From Chiloscyllium plagiosum (lineage: Eukaryota), in contig NC_057753.1 in assembly GCF_004010195.1 (NCBI RefSeq), forward strand, positions 3,217,804 through 3,252,869: a DNA stretch of 35,066 nt. Reading direction: 5' to 3'. Positions 32,565 to 35,066 of the stretch are shown piece by piece. Made by a program: the position numbers and the translations under genes. The notes under the pieces were generated by a model that saw only the letters and a list, made by a program, of their open reading frames with translations, was not told where the DNA came from and did not search any database. The first letter of the stretch is position 1. Each line of letters starts with the position of its first letter.

Positions 32565-34093
32565 TGGAAAGCCGGAAAATAGATAAGTCCCTTGTGCTGG
32601 AAGAGATTCATCCTAGGATTCTCTGGGAAGCCAGGGAGGAGATTGCCGAGCCTTTGGCTTTGATCTTTATGTCGTCATTGTCTACAGGATTAGTGCCAGA
32701 AGACTGGAGGATAGCAAATGCTGTTCCCTTGTTTAAGAAGGGGTGTAGAGATAACCCTGGTAATTACAAACCAGTGAGCTTTGGTTGTAAGAGATAGGAT
32801 TTATAATCATCCAGAGAGGAATAGTTTGATTAGGGATAGTCAACACGGTTTTGTGAAGGGTAGGCCGTGCCTCACAAACCTTATTGAGTTCTTTGCGAAG
32901 GTGACCAAACAGGTGGTTGAGGGTAAAGTGGTTCATGTAGTGTTTATGGATTTCAGTAAGGCATTTGGTAAGGTTCCCCACGGTAGGTTATTGCACAAAA
33001 TACAAAGGAATGGGATTGAGGGTGATTTAGCGGTTTGGATCAGAAATTGGCGAGCTGAAAGAAGAGCGAGGGTGGTGGTTGATTGGAAATGTTCATGCTG
33101 GAGTTCATTTAATATTAAGGTACCACAAGGATGTGATTTGGGGCCACTGCTGTTTGTCAGTTTTATAAATGACCTGGATGAGAGCATAGAAGGATGGGTT
33201 AGTAAATTTGCGGATGACACTAAGGTCGGTGGAGTTGTGGATAGTGCCGAAGGATGTTGCAGGTTACAGAGAGACACAGATAAGCTGCAGGGCTGGGCTG
33301 AGAGGTGGCAAATGGAGTTTAATGAGGAAAGCTGTGAGGTGATTCACTTTGGAAGGAGTAACAGGAATACAGAGTACTGGGCTAATGATGAGATCTTGGT
33401 AGTGTTGATGAGCAGAGAGATCTTTGTGTCCATGTATATAGACCCCTGAAAGTTGCCAATCAGGTTGATACGATTGTTAAGAAGGCATACTGTGTGTTGG
33501 CTTTTATTGGTAGGGGGATTAAGTCGGACTTTGAAGTCATGTTGTAGCTGTACAAAACTCTGGTGCGGCTGCACTTGGAGTATTGTGTACAGTTCTGGTC
33601 ACTGCATTATAGGAAGGATGTGGAAGCATTGGAAAGGGTTCAGAGGAGACTTACCAGGATGTTGCCTGGTATGGAGGGAAGGTCTTATGAGGAAAGGCTG
33701 AGGGACTTGAGGCTGTTTTCGTTAGAGAGAAGAAGGTTGAGAGGTGACTTAATTGAGACATAAAAGATAATCAAAGGGTTAGAGAGGGTGGGCAGGGAGA
33801 GCCTTTTTTCTCAGATGGTGATGGCTAGCATGAGGGGACAAAGCTTTAAACTGAGGGGTGATAGATATAGGACAGATGTCAGAGGTAGTTTCTTTACTCA
33901 GAGAGTAGTAGGGGTGTGGAATGCCCTGCCTGCAACAGTAGTAGACTAGTAGTAGGGCATTTAAATGGTCATTGGATAAACATATGGATGTAAATGGAAT
34001 AGTGTAGGTTAGATGGGCTTCAGATTGGTTCCACAGGTTGGCACAACATCGAGGGCTGAAGGGCTTGTACTGCGCTGGAACGTTCTATGTTCT
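32565..34093 (+). mobile_element. 5'-truncated CR1 with RT domain and 3' tail (frameshifted)
   Basis: PEDWRIANAVPLFKKG, QHGFVKGRPCLTNL, MDFSKAF, VPQGCDLGPLLF, KFADDTK, tail gttctatgttc. Confidence 0.94.
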
Positions 34094-34667
34094 CAACCAT
34101 GCCTTGAGTTCATTTGCATCACCAGTCAAGCCTCATGTATTGAAATAAATAGTTTAATTTATCCGTGTTAGAATTAGATTTTATTGGAATTAAAATTAGA
34201 GTTAGATTTTAACTACCATGTGTACTCGAGTGCAGGGATACAGGAGTGCACATTGAAAAGTGCACAGAGTCATCGTACCCGGTGCCATCTTCGGCACAAA
34301 GGTACAAAATCTAGAAAAATAAATAAATAAAGTTAAAACTTCAACATCACGGTTCTTCTGAAGTGCTCAGTCATGCCGGGCTCTCACTCCCCAACAAGGG
34401 CTCGTTCTCACCTTGTCACCTCAGTCTTACCTCGGTTGCTGCCATCCTCTTGCCCGCCTTGACTATTTAACTTGCTCCCCCTAGCTACTGTCCAAGCCTC
34501 AGAGTTATCTCTTTTCTCAGTGCCTCTTTGGGTCTGGAAATTTCACCCCCCCCCCCTTACCAGTTCAAAGTTTCCTGAGTAGCACCAGCCAGTGTCCCCA
34601 CCAGGATATCGGTGCCCGTCCGATTCAGGTCCATCTTATCTTTCTTGTCCCAGCCACTTGTGACCCT

Positions 34668-35066
34668 GGGTTGGCTAACGTGGTGCCACTATTTAAGAAA
34701 AGTGGTAAAGACAAGCCAGGGAACTGTAGACCGGTGAGCCTGATGTCGGTGGTCGGCAAGGGAATCCTGAGGGACAGGATGTACATGTATTTGGAAAGGC
34801 AAGGATTGATCAGGGATAGTCAGCATGGCTTTGTGGGTGGGAGATCATGTCCCGCAAACTTGATTGAGTTTTTTTGAAGAAGTAATAAAGAGGATTGATG
34901 AGGGCAGAGCAGTAGATGTGATATATGTGGACTTCAGTAAGGCATTCGACAAGGTTCCCCATGGGAAACTGAGAAGCAAGGTTAGATCTCATGGAATACA
35001 GGGAGAACTAGCCATTTGGATACAGAACTGGCTCAAAGGTAGAAGACAGAGGGTGGTGGTGGAGGG
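34668..35066 (+). mobile_element. CR1 RT fragment running off the window
   Basis: ANVVPLFKKSGKDKPGNCRPVSLMS, QHGFVGGRSC, DFSKAFDKVPHG. Confidence 0.9.

Noticed and set aside
32781..33449. 222-aa RT ORF as an active or domesticated gene
   Set aside because: It is part of a 5'-truncated CR1 with frameshifts on both sides and substitutions in conserved motifs.

Overview
Eukaryotic genomic DNA, almost certainly from a cartilaginous fish (shark). This is inferred from HE1/V-SINE-like and Deu-SINE-like SINEs, CR1 LINEs and Penelope-like elements (PLEs). Two intact tandem C2H2 zinc-finger ORFs without a KRAB, SCAN or BTB domain lie on the + strand (2000-3307, 6303-7481). The second sits behind a ~60-bp CCAAT/GC-box minisatellite promoter, and a related CpG-rich promoter with a splice donor lies at ~27.4-27.8 kb. 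Most of the remaining sequence is nested transposon debris. Features not visible in the ORF track: (1) about 15 minimal type-I hammerhead-ribozyme motifs in 4-5 PLE lineages, with covarying stems and palindromic helix III, including tiny TSD-flanked ribozyme insertions and a circularly permuted ~282-nt unit; (2) an AT-rich, internally deleted FLYWCH-MULE DNA transposon with TIRs and a 9-bp TSD; (3) a solo-LTR-like insert carrying a 57-bp hairpin. Repeat family names come from motif recognition, not from database searches, and most repeat boundaries are approximate.
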